Shown here: positions 1-9,023 of the stretch, piece by piece
How the letters are laid out: every line of letters starts with the position of its first letter
Position numbering within the stretch: position 1 is the first letter of the stretch
Virus record (IMG/VR): IMGVR_UViG_3300017913_002592
Location: 1-50,773 of that record
Length of the DNA stretch: 50,773 bases
Strand: one strand, 5' to 3'
DNA from: a virus
Taxonomy: Duplodnaviria > Caudoviricetes
Translations under genes and position numbers: made by a program
Notes under the pieces: generated by a model
What the model was told of the DNA's origin: nothing
What the model saw: the letters and a program-made list of their open reading frames with translations, nothing else
Database searches by the model: none

Positions 1-218
1 CCAAGACTCAATTCAAGCCCATTGACTGTATCAACAGTTAATGCGTTTGCAGTCAGATCATTTACTGTCGTATCACCCGAAGAATCAATTGTCAGCGCAG
101 TGCTTGTGGCGTTATCATCTATGCCTGTAGAAGAAAAATCAGTAAGAGGATAGTCCAGATCTGCTGATACAATTGTATTTGCAGGAATTCCTAGAGAATT
201 AATAGTAGTGCGAGCCAT
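1..218 (-). CDS. Virion/tail-fibre-like protein, N-terminal part (runs off the window)
   Basis: ATG at 218 overlaps the upstream stop; open frame MARTTINSLGIPANTIVSADLDYPLTDFSSTGIDDNATSTALTIDSSG...; the GIDDNATSTALTIDSSG motif is typical of marine phage fibre proteins. Confidence 0.6.
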   Translation of the reverse strand, partial: MARTTINSLGIPANTIVSADLDYPLTDFSSTGIDDNATSTALTIDSSGDTTVNDLTANALTVDTVNGLELSL

Positions 219-439
219 TAGAGAGCCTCAGCTAACATTAGGCCCATTGTAACAACGAGACCGCCTAGAAAAAGAATTGCAGCACCTGCAGCATGAATTA
301 TCTTGCCTTCGATGCGTGCAAGAGTTTCGTCGATTTCTTCTAAACGATTGAATGTGGTTTTCCAACGCTCTTCGCACTGAGCATCGTGACTTGCCATAAA
401 TAGTTCAAGTTCATGAACCTTATCTTCAATTTTCTCCAT
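218..439 (-). CDS. Small coiled-coil protein with C-terminal TM helix (XhlA/holin-like)
   Basis: 73 aa; heptad-like N-half, hydrophobic AAGAAILFLGGLVVTMGLML. Confidence 0.55.
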   Translation of the reverse strand: MEKIEDKVHELELFMASHDAQCEERWKTTFNRLEEIDETLARIEGKIIHAAGAAILFLGGLVVTMGLMLAEAL

Positions 440-887
440 TTAGCAATTTGTCCATCAACTTTCCATAGTTGCCTTGGCCAAATGGAAGGCTACCATCATT
501 TATTTGCACATTATTTTGAGTGCGAATATTGGTAGTTGCTTTTTCAGCATCCGCCTGGGCCTTGATCTCATCCATTCTCATCTTATGAGCCATTTGCAAC
601 AGGTCTGCCAAATCTTTATTTGAGTACATTCCTGTTTCTTGAGCTTCTTCGAGTTTGGATGCAATTATCTCATCTAAGGCCGCGGCAATATTATTTTTAT
701 TGCGAAAACCCATGTCAAGATAAACTGTGTCTATATACTTTTTAACTTCTCGCTTATTTAGAGCTTCTACAACCCTGTCCTCTGAAACTTGGAGATGCTG
801 GCAAACGCCGCGAATATTCCCGAACTGCAAATATGAATTTGCAATTTCAAGTCCCTCTGGAGAAATTGTAGTTACTTCTTTACTCAT
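426..887 (-). CDS. terS: Terminase small subunit, T5-like
   Basis: SPEGLEIANSYLQFG...EVKKYIDTVYLDMGFRN...KLEEAQETGM...AHKMRMDE resembles the T5 small terminase as recalled. Confidence 0.8.
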   Translation of the reverse strand: MSKEVTTISPEGLEIANSYLQFGNIRGVCQHLQVSEDRVVEALNKREVKKYIDTVYLDMGFRNKNNIAAALDEIIASKLEEAQETGMYSNKDLADLLQMAHKMRMDEIKAQADAEKATTNIRTQNNVQINDGSLPFGQGNYGKLMDKLLNGEN

Positions 888-894
888 AATGTGT

Positions 895-923
895 ATTCTA
901 CTTTAAAAAGGTTAAAATGTCAA
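895..923 (-). promoter_or_regulatory. sigma70 promoter for terS (TTGACA-17-TAGAAT)
   Basis: Reverse complement of tgtcaa 918-923 and attcta 895-900. Confidence 0.75.
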
Positions 924-945
924 GAATTAATTTTCAAAGGGGTAG

Positions 946-972
946 AAAAAAAGGGGCACCGCCCCTTTTTTT
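946..972. terminator. Bidirectional intrinsic terminator
   Basis: A7-GGGGC-acc-GCCCC-T7. Confidence 0.85.
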
Positions 973-1159
973 ATGCAGGAGGGTTATTTGTATCAATAAC
1001 GGCCTGAAGTGCCGCAACTACTGTGGAGTCGTGGCCAATTGATGAAAGAAAGTCTACAAAGTACTGTGGTACATTCCACGCTGTACTTTGAGTAGTTTCA
1101 TCAAAAGATATACGAACACTAGGATCTTCATTAGAAGAGTTTTTATTAAAATCAATCAT
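971..1159 (-). CDS. Small hypothetical protein, paralog of 6267-6467
   Basis: AGGAG SD; shares MID..PSV..FDE...W..QY.VDFL...ALQ.V.D.N.P with 6267-6467. Confidence 0.75.
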   Translation of the reverse strand: MIDFNKNSSNEDPSVRISFDETTQSTAWNVPQYFVDFLSSIGHDSTVVAALQAVIDTNNPPA

Positions 1160-1185
1160 GATTTTCTCCTTTTACTTGCGCTTAG

Positions 1186-1644
1186 TCACGCGGGGGTTGT
1201 TGGCTTTTCGGGCCAGTTAATTCCAGCTATTACGGTTGCATTAGCATTTGCTGCAGGAATATCTCTCAATTGCTGTCTGTAAGTTCGCCATTGCTGTTTT
1301 TCGGACTCTGTCAACGGGGCATCGGGTAGCTGACTCCAGTCAGACTCTGTCAGCAAAAAATTTCTTCTTTTTTTCATTGCATCCCAGAACGGTTCCGATT
1401 GAAAGTTCCATCTACCATTCTCCCAAGTATGAAAATCTGAAGGAAGACTCGGACGTGTAGTCCATTCTTCTCTCTCAAAGTCCCAAACATTGGTTTTTAT
1501 AAACTCTACTGGGTTTTCATCATAAGAAATATGGACTGCTAAGTTTCCATTATAATATTCTCGATTTGTTATTAACGCATCAGTTCCAGGACTAGTAATA
1601 TAGTCTATTTCTCCTGACGGTTTTACAAAAGCTACTTGTATCAT
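1186..1644 (-). CDS. Tail (fibre) assembly chaperone
   Basis: C-terminal RNFLLTESDWSQLPDAPL...WRTYRQQLRDIP...WPEKP signature. Confidence 0.85.
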   Translation of the reverse strand: MIQVAFVKPSGEIDYITSPGTDALITNREYYNGNLAVHISYDENPVEFIKTNVWDFEREEWTTRPSLPSDFHTWENGRWNFQSEPFWDAMKKRRNFLLTESDWSQLPDAPLTESEKQQWRTYRQQLRDIPAANANATVIAGINWPEKPTTPA

Positions 1645-2345
1645 TGTTTTAATCTCACTACTAAATACGGGTTATTCGCTATACCCGAATAAAAACTTGT
1701 TGAAAGAGGGTTGTTACTTTGGTCATTAGTATAAAAATTCTGTAAGAACTTAAGGCTGCCATCTGAGTCAAAAAGATATCCTACAAAAATTTCGAAACTT
1801 CCTCCGACTGAAAAAAGGTCGGCATAGCTTTGAGTGGTATTATTTATTAATACATAAATATCTGTGTTAGTTTTCCAGTTAATACTTTGAAATGTGGTAG
1901 TACTAGTACTAGCTACTCCCGAAAATAGAATATCAAAAGAATTCTCAAAACCTTCTGTTATTAAAAGAGTGGAATCTCCTGAAGAGTTAAATACCTCTAG
2001 GCCGTACTCCGAAGGCGTAGCTGGAGACACCTGATTTGACAATGTCGCATATTTATAAGTTGTACTAGGATTTCGAAATCCGCTATAATTTGTCATCCAA
2101 TGCTCGCTCGCTGACTGAGTGGTATTACTATATGATACAAAGTTAGATATTGCGACTCCATATGGGCCTCCTGTATTTGTATTTGGTCGAGTGAACACTA
2201 AATTATCAGCTACATTAAAAGCAACTCTATTGCTTTCCGTAGATGTTAAAGTGGCCGTATTAGATAGTTTAACATTAGGGTACTCTTGATCGGAATCAAT
2301 AATTGTTCTTCCATCCCCGTTTGTTACTTTAAGTCCATATGTCAT
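1641..2345 (-). CDS. Tail-tip accessory protein
   Basis: Two YGL.V.N..G motifs (MTYGLKVTNGDG; EYGLEVFNSSG) typical of tail-tip proteins; coupled to the chaperone gene. Confidence 0.6.
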   Translation of the reverse strand: MTYGLKVTNGDGRTIIDSDQEYPNVKLSNTATLTSTESNRVAFNVADNLVFTRPNTNTGGPYGVAISNFVSYSNTTQSASEHWMTNYSGFRNPSTTYKYATLSNQVSPATPSEYGLEVFNSSGDSTLLITEGFENSFDILFSGVASTSTTTFQSINWKTNTDIYVLINNTTQSYADLFSVGGSFEIFVGYLFDSDGSLKFLQNFYTNDQSNNPLSTSFYSGIANNPYLVVRLKQ

Positions 2346-2347
2346 AA

Positions 2348-5300
2348 TTATCCGCTCTTAAATACCCGCCAATAGAATCCCCTTTCAGCATTATTTGTAT
2401 CCCCCGCAGGATCCTCTTCAGTGTTATTCGTTATAGTAAAAGAGTTAGTGCTTATATTTACTGAAAATTTTGGTAAAAATAAAATATTAGTACTAGAATT
2501 ATTAGTCCTAAAAACCGTAACAATTACATTCCAAGTATCGTCATCTGGTACTAATCCCGAAACCGAAATGGCACTGCTTGTAGTACCTTCTCCAGCTATA
2601 TTAACAGGGCCTCCGCTATCAACAGAACGGGCTACCCTAGAATTACCATCTATTAAAGTATTACCAGCACTATTATTAATTTGTAGACCATAGACTCCTC
2701 CGGCTCCAGGGTCTCCTGTATCGGTATCGGTGTCCGTATCGACTCCTGTAGTTAATGTCCATAGCTCTACATGGCCGGACCCAGTAAAGGTAACTCTTAT
2801 AGTTCTGGAAGTATTTTCTGCGCCTGAGGTTGTAAAAAGAATTGCTAAAGTATCCCCTTCTGTTATTGATTTATCACTATTGCTAAAAGCTCCGCCATTT
2901 ACACTCGACTCAGCCCATAATACCGAACCATTATTAGCGTTTTGTCTAACTGTAACAGTCTCTGTTCCAGAAATTCCATTTATAGTTATTGTACTAGATT
3001 CGTACTCCGTATTTGTAGCTCTATCCGTATTTGGAATACTATCAGTAATTGTAAAATCTTGTATTCTTCCAATAGTAAACGTTGAGTTTGTTCCCGTACA
3101 ATCTATGAAAGAATCAGTAGTTCCTGCTTCTCTAAACTGTACTTTATAGGATACAGTATCGCCTTCATCAGGTAGGTTTGCTAAAGAGATTGCAAGTGTG
3201 CCATTTCCTGTTCTAGTGCCTACAGTTGTGTCTGTAGTAGGAGGACTTCCATCACTATCAGCATCCGTAGACCCTGTTACTCTTATTCGATACTCAGTGT
3301 TATTATTTCCAGTAGCTATCGTTATGGTTTGAGACCCATCCGTAGGTGTAAGATTCTTTTTAGGAACTGTTACTGTAATATTACCGACAGGTGTAGTTCT
3401 TCTTCTAGCAAAAAATTCTGATAGATTAGTGTTGCTGGGATAAAATTTTGTACCATTTCCCCCTTGTGAAACTAGTTGGCGCCTCCAAAACTCATAGTCT
3501 ACTCTATTTTCGAGAGTAGGTAGATCTCCAGGGTTGAAAAGAGTGTATGTATCTTGAGTATCTCCTACGGGCAAAAGGAATGATGCAATTGTATCACCTG
3601 CAATATCTCCATTGCTTGTTGTTCCGGAAACTACATCTATTCCGTACTGAGTTCGCATAGTAACATTCGTGAAAAAGAAAGCGGCAGATCCAGAAGAGTC
3701 ATTTATATCAATAACGTTAGCAGTTCGGTTTCCTAATAAATCAAAAGTTACTGTTTCATTAACGTTATCTAATTCCTCAAGTAGTATTTCGTCATTGTTT
3801 GATATAAAATCTGGGCTTGCGTTTCCATTATCTTGGTTTAAAAATCCCCGTGCACTACCGCCAGAAGGGTTAAGAATTAACGTACTAGTAGTAGTAGTAA
3901 TATTAGAGTAACTAGGCGTACTACCCGCTCCTGTTACTACACTAACTCGGCGTATTCCTACATATATTGTTTGCGCTACCTTAGTATATGTAGTATCTCC
4001 TGAAAAATAGAAACCATCTTTATTTAGACCTCCTGTATCTACATTGTACCACCCTGAAGGAGTGGAAGTAGAAGTGCTCCAAGCAAGCTGTAAGTTACCT
4101 GCGTCAGAAGCCGACCCAGTATCTGTTAGCAAAACATAGGGTATTAATAGACCATAATTAGTACTAGCCATTGCTACGCCTAGTACTCCTGTTGGTGAAA
4201 CTAGTGCTGCTTCTCTGTCTATAAACGCAAATACAAGCGTAGTACCATCACTTTGGTCGAAACAAGATTCCCATATCCCTGTCCCATCGTCTACTTCGCG
4301 GACTCGTGTATACAAAAAATAATTTATTCCGGTTCCTGTTACTATATCGGAATTTGTTATTGTTCCAGAAAGAGAAGAATTTCCTGTCCCATAAGTAAAA
4401 TAAATAACCTCACTAGCATTTCCAGGCGCATAACCATTATTTATTCTGTATTCCTGACTAGTTTCTGTTGTCGCTACTCCAAGAGAGGGGTTTGTGGTAG
4501 TATTATTGTTTGCGATTAAATAATTTTGAAAAGGTACGTCAAGATTCACAACTCCTGTTCCACTAAGAATAATTTGGCCCGTTGTACTATCTACAGCTAC
4601 ATAATCAGAGCGAGTAATAGTCCACTCAGTCTCATTATTTGGGTTATATATAGCGAGAGCGGTGCATTCATGCTCCGTAACTCCATCCCCTCCTAGGTTT
4701 GTCGGAATAATACAAGTAATTCTATAGCCGCAAGTATTTCCTGGCGTAGGTAACTGAGAAAATGAACAGCCTCCCCCTGTAGTAGCAGCGTCTGGTTCTG
4801 TTCCTGAAGCAACCTGATTGTATATAATTCCTGCAGTAGCTCCACCTTGTGTAGTACCACTTACAATTCTTCCTATATAAGTAGCTCCAGAAATTACTCC
4901 TGACCCCGATACTCTTACTTGCTCTTTTAACCCTATGTCATAAGCATTATATTTCTGGGCTCCAATTGTGGATGAAGCCTCAAGAGGAGAACCGACCCGA
5001 GCAACTACACTTGCAAAAGGTCCTGCCCTATAATTTCGTGTTACGTTAAAAGTCGTAGCATTAGAAGTATTACCATTTCCTCCCTTGCTCGTTGGTCGTC
5101 TAACTTGAATTCTAACGCTTGTGGCGGTGCCTCTAGGAAGATTTGTGGAATTTACTGTGGCATTATTACATACTAGATTAAAAGTAGTTGAAGTAACAGC
5201 CGTAAAATTCTCAAAGAGTACTCCTGTATTTGAGGTTAGTACTGCTCGTACCTCGTCTCCGATTTGAACTCCTGTAAGAGTAGTAGTAAAAGAGGACGCA

Positions 5301-6259
5301 TCCCAAGTAATAGTAGGGCTAGATGCTGTGAAAGTTGTGTCTGCGGCAATTTGAGAAACTGTCAAGGTTCCTGTTGTACCGCTTGCATCTGTGTTATGCA
5401 GACCAACTTCTCTTATTTGAGCTTTTAATGTAAGAGGTCTTTCACTTCCTGTACCGTTATAAGTGTTATCTGCACTAAATACCTGCGTGATATTGTTACT
5501 TTCGTCTAAAAATCTATATTGGGTTGTAGACGCAGTATTTGTAGTACCACCACTTTCTCCGCACGTAAATACAAAGCTTCCATCAGTTTGATTGTTACTA
5601 GTAATACTTATAGAAGGTGTAGGGGCAACAACAGGTCTATATAAAGTTATACTATTGCTCGTGTCTTTAATACTCCCAGACGTGCTGCCGTATCTAGCAG
5701 TTACTCGAGCGGTGCTATCTCCATCGGTTTGATCTACACTATCTGCAGTTAAAGTAAGTGTTCCGCTTCCTCCAGAACCAAGCTGTCCGCTTTGGCTAGT
5801 AAATCCCCCTGATGTACTATTATAGTATAAAGTTCCATTATAGTTTGAACTCCAAGTAACACTAGCATCATCTCCTTCTGCCGTAGGGTTTGGTCCAAGA
5901 GACCCTAAACTTATAGTTACACTATTTGTTGTTACTGTAACAGTTTGTTGCTGTGTAGTACTCCCATTCGTAAGCCGACGTGCAAAAGTTACAGTGACCG
6001 ACCCGGTGGAGACCCCGCTTCCGTCCAGCTCTGAGCTTAGACTTGTATTCCAAGTTGCCGTAGTGCCGTGTGCGATATCACCTGTCTGAGCGCCTGTGGA
6101 AGCTGCTTGCGTAAAACTATCTGGAGAGGGACCACTGATAATAGCTATAGGTCTTCCACCACCTAAGCAATAGATGTCTACATCTTCTTCTGGATTTGCA
6201 TTGCCACTATCCGAAGCCGCATTAGCATCACTAACATTAACAGTGAAGGAAGCAGTCAC
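2348..6259 (-). CDS. Large Thr/Ser/Gly-rich beta-rich virion adhesin / putative receptor-binding protein
   Basis: 1303 aa, GTG start, Ig-like composition, C-terminal YGLQINNSAGNTLIDG motif; near terS as the T5 receptor-binding gene is. Confidence 0.6.
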   Translation of the reverse strand: MTASFTVNVSDANAASDSGNANPEEDVDIYCLGGGRPIAIISGPSPDSFTQAASTGAQTGDIAHGTTATWNTSLSSELDGSGVSTGSVTVTFARRLTNGSTTQQQTVTVTTNSVTISLGSLGPNPTAEGDDASVTWSSNYNGTLYYNSTSGGFTSQSGQLGSGGSGTLTLTADSVDQTDGDSTARVTARYGSTSGSIKDTSNSITLYRPVVAPTPSISITSNNQTDGSFVFTCGESGGTTNTASTTQYRFLDESNNITQVFSADNTYNGTGSERPLTLKAQIREVGLHNTDASGTTGTLTVSQIAADTTFTASSPTITWDASSFTTTLTGVQIGDEVRAVLTSNTGVLFENFTAVTSTTFNLVCNNATVNSTNLPRGTATSVRIQVRRPTSKGGNGNTSNATTFNVTRNYRAGPFASVVARVGSPLEASSTIGAQKYNAYDIGLKEQVRVSGSGVISGATYIGRIVSGTTQGGATAGIIYNQVASGTEPDAATTGGGCSFSQLPTPGNTCGYRITCIIPTNLGGDGVTEHECTALAIYNPNNETEWTITRSDYVAVDSTTGQIILSGTGVVNLDVPFQNYLIANNNTTTNPSLGVATTETSQEYRINNGYAPGNASEVIYFTYGTGNSSLSGTITNSDIVTGTGINYFLYTRVREVDDGTGIWESCFDQSDGTTLVFAFIDREAALVSPTGVLGVAMASTNYGLLIPYVLLTDTGSASDAGNLQLAWSTSTSTPSGWYNVDTGGLNKDGFYFSGDTTYTKVAQTIYVGIRRVSVVTGAGSTPSYSNITTTTSTLILNPSGGSARGFLNQDNGNASPDFISNNDEILLEELDNVNETVTFDLLGNRTANVIDINDSSGSAAFFFTNVTMRTQYGIDVVSGTTSNGDIAGDTIASFLLPVGDTQDTYTLFNPGDLPTLENRVDYEFWRRQLVSQGGNGTKFYPSNTNLSEFFARRRTTPVGNITVTVPKKNLTPTDGSQTITIATGNNNTEYRIRVTGSTDADSDGSPPTTDTTVGTRTGNGTLAISLANLPDEGDTVSYKVQFREAGTTDSFIDCTGTNSTFTIGRIQDFTITDSIPNTDRATNTEYESSTITINGISGTETVTVRQNANNGSVLWAESSVNGGAFSNSDKSITEGDTLAILFTTSGAENTSRTIRVTFTGSGHVELWTLTTGVDTDTDTDTGDPGAGGVYGLQINNSAGNTLIDGNSRVARSVDSGGPVNIAGEGTTSSAISVSGLVPDDDTWNVIVTVFRTNNSSTNILFLPKFSVNISTNSFTITNNTEEDPAGDTNNAERGFYWRVFKSG

Positions 6260-6266
6260 TTAAAGA

Positions 6267-6467
6267 TTACTCGGCTGGAGTATTAGAGTCTACTACCGTC
6301 TGAAGAGCAGAAACAGTTGCTGAGCTAAATCCTGCTGCCGCCAAAAAGTCAACCACATACTGAACAGTGGTCCACTCTGAAGAGTGTCGGCCTTCGTCGA
6401 AACGAACAGTAACTGAAGGAGCACCTTCTGTATTATCACCGCTGGCGTATTTTTGCATATCAATCAT
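6267..6467 (-). CDS. Small hypothetical protein, paralog of 971-1159
   Basis: AAGGA SD; clear similarity to 971-1159. Confidence 0.75.
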   Translation of the reverse strand: MIDMQKYASGDNTEGAPSVTVRFDEGRHSSEWTTVQYVVDFLAAAGFSSATVSALQTVVDSNTPAE

Positions 6468-6479
6468 AATTTTTTCCTT

Positions 6480-7091
6480 TTATCCCCATTGCTCTGCGAA
6501 AGCGTTGGCGATTCCTTGGTAAGTTAATGAACGTTCTTTTGCGCGGTTAGGAGTGTTTGATGTGTTGTCCCGACCACAATCATATTGATTCGCCCACCTC
6601 TGATACTTGCGACCAGAGGGGGATTGAATTATTCGTGGTGGAATCTCATTGGTAGGTTCAAGTTTAGCCAAGCCCCTCATCCATAGCCCCGTCTTTTTGC
6701 TAGCATCATCTCCAAACATATAGGGATGAATATATTGGGGCTTGGGCATAAACTTGAGTCGAGTGTTGATACAACCGACTGGATTCTCAATAGCCACTTT
6801 TGGTATTGGTGCCTTCCAAAGGGTTGTAACAAATTCTAGCGCCTCTTCTGTTTTGAGTGCTCGCTCCGGTCTTTTCTTATTCCAGTGTAAGCCAGAAGAT
6901 GCTAAATATGTACAGGGTGGATGAGCAATCATCAAGTCCCAGTTGTCATCTAATATGTCAAGGACATTGCCTTGATAGTGAGGGCCTTCACTCTCTGTCG
7001 GTAATATATCACACGACATAGCGAAATGCCCACGCGCAGTAAATGCGTCCCTAACTCTTCCTGAATATTCACAAGCTACCAATACTCTCAT
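6480..7091 (-). CDS. DNA cytosine methyltransferase-like protein
   Basis: MRVLVACEYSG, DLMIAHPPC (catalytic PC) and IENPVG motifs. Confidence 0.7.
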   Translation of the reverse strand: MRVLVACEYSGRVRDAFTARGHFAMSCDILPTESEGPHYQGNVLDILDDNWDLMIAHPPCTYLASSGLHWNKKRPERALKTEEALEFVTTLWKAPIPKVAIENPVGCINTRLKFMPKPQYIHPYMFGDDASKKTGLWMRGLAKLEPTNEIPPRIIQSPSGRKYQRWANQYDCGRDNTSNTPNRAKERSLTYQGIANAFAEQWG

Positions 7092-7116
7092 TTGATTCCT
7101 CGAATTTTAAGAGTAT

Positions 7117-7146
7117 ATTATAGCCTCATAGTACCTCGAATGTCAA
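7117..7146 (-). promoter_or_regulatory. sigma70 promoter (TTGACA-18-TATAAT)
   Basis: tgtcaa 7141-7146 and attata 7117-7122 with upstream A-tract. Confidence 0.75.
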
Positions 7147-7162
7147 GAAGTATTTTTTGAAT

Positions 7163-7261
7163 CTATAGAAATAAAAGCCCGATAGCAAAGCCAATGTTGA
7201 GGCCGATGGAACACACAAGAACCATATCACGGGCAAAAGATTTTTCAACGTACTCAGTCAT
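7163..7261 (-). CDS. 32-aa single-TM peptide
   Basis: MTEYVEKSFARDMVLVCSIGLNIGFAIGLLFL; start overlaps the upstream stop. Confidence 0.55.
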   Translation of the reverse strand: MTEYVEKSFARDMVLVCSIGLNIGFAIGLLFL

Positions 7262-7737
7262 TAATTATTTAGTGGATTGTCTAGAATTGTCTGAATCTTG
7301 TTTTCTAGATCCTTTCGCAGTTCTCGAATGTCTTGGTCAAGTGTTCTCATTCTCTCGTTGACTTTCTGCTCCATCGCATATACATCGTCGCGAACCTCTC
7401 GCTGTGTATCTGCAGTCTTGTCGTCCACCCTTCGAGCAATATTTTCTACTTTGTCCATATCATCTACAAGATTGTCTTTTGTCTCATCTACTTTTGTTTC
7501 AAGACTCTCTACGAGCACAATCAAGCTTTCCATAGTCTCTTGCTGCACTGCGAGTTGCTGCTCAATGTGTGAAAGGTCAGGAGCTACATATTCTTCGATC
7601 TGGGTTTTCATATTTCTATAGTCATTGTAAAACTCAAATGCACCCCAGGCTGCGCCGCCCAGAGTAGAAAGAGCAGTAAGAACTATAAACATCTTACCGC
7701 CTTTAAATGTCATGCCTGCAAATTCGAATTCTGCCAT
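7261..7737 (-). CDS. Membrane-anchored coiled-coil protein
   Basis: N-terminal TM (MFIVLTALSTLGGAAWGAF) followed by a long heptad-rich region. Confidence 0.75.
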   Translation of the reverse strand: MAEFEFAGMTFKGGKMFIVLTALSTLGGAAWGAFEFYNDYRNMKTQIEEYVAPDLSHIEQQLAVQQETMESLIVLVESLETKVDETKDNLVDDMDKVENIARRVDDKTADTQREVRDDVYAMEQKVNERMRTLDQDIRELRKDLENKIQTILDNPLNN

Positions 7738-7738
7738 T

Positions 7739-8173
7739 TTAGTTCTCGAATTTCAACGCTCTTAACTGTTGAATTTCTTGCTCAAGTTTCATTACTTCAA
7801 GTCTCTTTTTCCTCAACTCAAGCTGATACAATGTGTTACAGTTTAGTCTTTCTTTTGGTGCTCCAAGAGGTATAGTAATTTTTCCATATACACCAATATC
7901 TCTCATAAAATTATCATAATTATAGTTCATATAAGGATCCCCGGTTGCTAAATTATATGTTGGGTCTCCTTGATTTAATATACCTACAACTCCAAACTCT
8001 AGATTTGTAGAAGAACCAATGGCTGCTGAACACTCTAAGTCACCTGCTCTCATTCTATCGGATTGAAAAGATTGTGTAGTGTTTGGGATTGATAAATTCA
8101 AAGAGCTAGAGTCTGCAAACGCTTTTGCGCTTAAAAGAAAAATACTTATAATTATTAACGAATTTTTGAGCAT
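7739..8173 (-). CDS. Secreted protein with two Cys and a C-terminal coiled coil
   Basis: Likely start MLKNSLIIISIFLLSAKAFA (Sec signal peptide, AFA cleavage). Confidence 0.7.
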   Translation of the reverse strand: MLKNSLIIISIFLLSAKAFADSSSLNLSIPNTTQSFQSDRMRAGDLECSAAIGSSTNLEFGVVGILNQGDPTYNLATGDPYMNYNYDNFMRDIGVYGKITIPLGAPKERLNCNTLYQLELRKKRLEVMKLEQEIQQLRALKFEN

Positions 8174-8532
8174 ATTCTTGTAGACACCAAGTTTTGGGGA
8201 AGTGAACTTTTCAAGAACTTTGAGCGAGAACAAATGTACACTGCATCTCCTAAAGACTCTTCCCGTATATAAATTGTTACCTTTACCCTTTCTAAATAGT
8301 TTACATTATAAATTTTATTATTTGATGCAAAAGGGACAGGCTTAAAATTTTCATCTGTTACTTCTATTTCGAAGTAAGTTACGTCTTTTCGCTTATTGAA
8401 AAGCATCATATCGGTTTGAATTACTCCATCTATATAAGATGGAACAAATATAGGATATGTAGGAGTCCAAGAGTGGGCACTTGCGTACCCACTACAAAGA
8501 ACTAGCAGCAGTGCTATTACTTGGCGATGCAA
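8155..8532 (-). CDS. Secreted protein, PapD-like pilus chaperone N-domain (tentative)
   Basis: Signal peptide ending ASA; beta-rich MMLFNKRKDVTYFEIEVTD pattern recalls fimbrial chaperones. Confidence 0.5.
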   Translation of the reverse strand: MHRQVIALLLVLCSGYASAHSWTPTYPIFVPSYIDGVIQTDMMLFNKRKDVTYFEIEVTDENFKPVPFASNNKIYNVNYLERVKVTIYIREESLGDAVYICSRSKFLKSSLPQNLVSTRICSKIR

Positions 8533-9014
8533 TTTGCTTCTACCATCGCGGTATAGTTACCGCCAGGGAAAGGGCGGTCGCCGCCGTACTCTGCTGTTGA
8601 CTCCATTTCAAACCAAGTGCTTCCTGCAATTGTTAGGTTAAACTCTGTTGTATCATTGTACTTTACTTTATTTGTATTGTAGTCTGACATCAGAGGATCA
8701 GTAACTTCATAAACTGCTGCAGAACCTGTCCAAGCTACAACGTCATCGAGTGATGGACTTTCTGAGAATGAAGTTGGAGTAGTAATGACTGCCTTGTAGT
8801 AGTCTGCAAGAACTACATCATATCGAACAGTCGGAAGAACACCTCCGTCTACCACTGCAGTACTTAGCTTATCTGCGGTAGGGTTTCCATATACTCCAGA
8901 AGTTACTGGCACAACAATACAGTTACCATCTACAGTACCATTAATGGGAACATTTTCCGCATATACGCTTGCTGCAAAAAGGGCAACTGCACTTACCAAA
9001 AGTTTCTGAAACAT
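8517..9014 (-). CDS. Secreted pilin-like protein (chaperone-usher subunit-like, tentative)
   Basis: Signal peptide ending VYA; N-terminal INGTVDGNC and C-terminal PGGNYTAMV patterns as in fimbrial subunits. Confidence 0.5.
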   Translation of the reverse strand: MFQKLLVSAVALFAASVYAENVPINGTVDGNCIVVPVTSGVYGNPTADKLSTAVVDGGVLPTVRYDVVLADYYKAVITTPTSFSESPSLDDVVAWTGSAAVYEVTDPLMSDYNTNKVKYNDTTEFNLTIAGSTWFEMESTAEYGGDRPFPGGNYTAMVEANCIAK

Positions 9015-9023
9015 TTAAGTCTC

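Noticed and set aside
2421-4519. Plus-strand ORFs inside the adhesin gene, and similar antisense ORFs across the window
   Set aside because: Shadow ORFs opposite well-supported genes, without SDs or recognisable motifs
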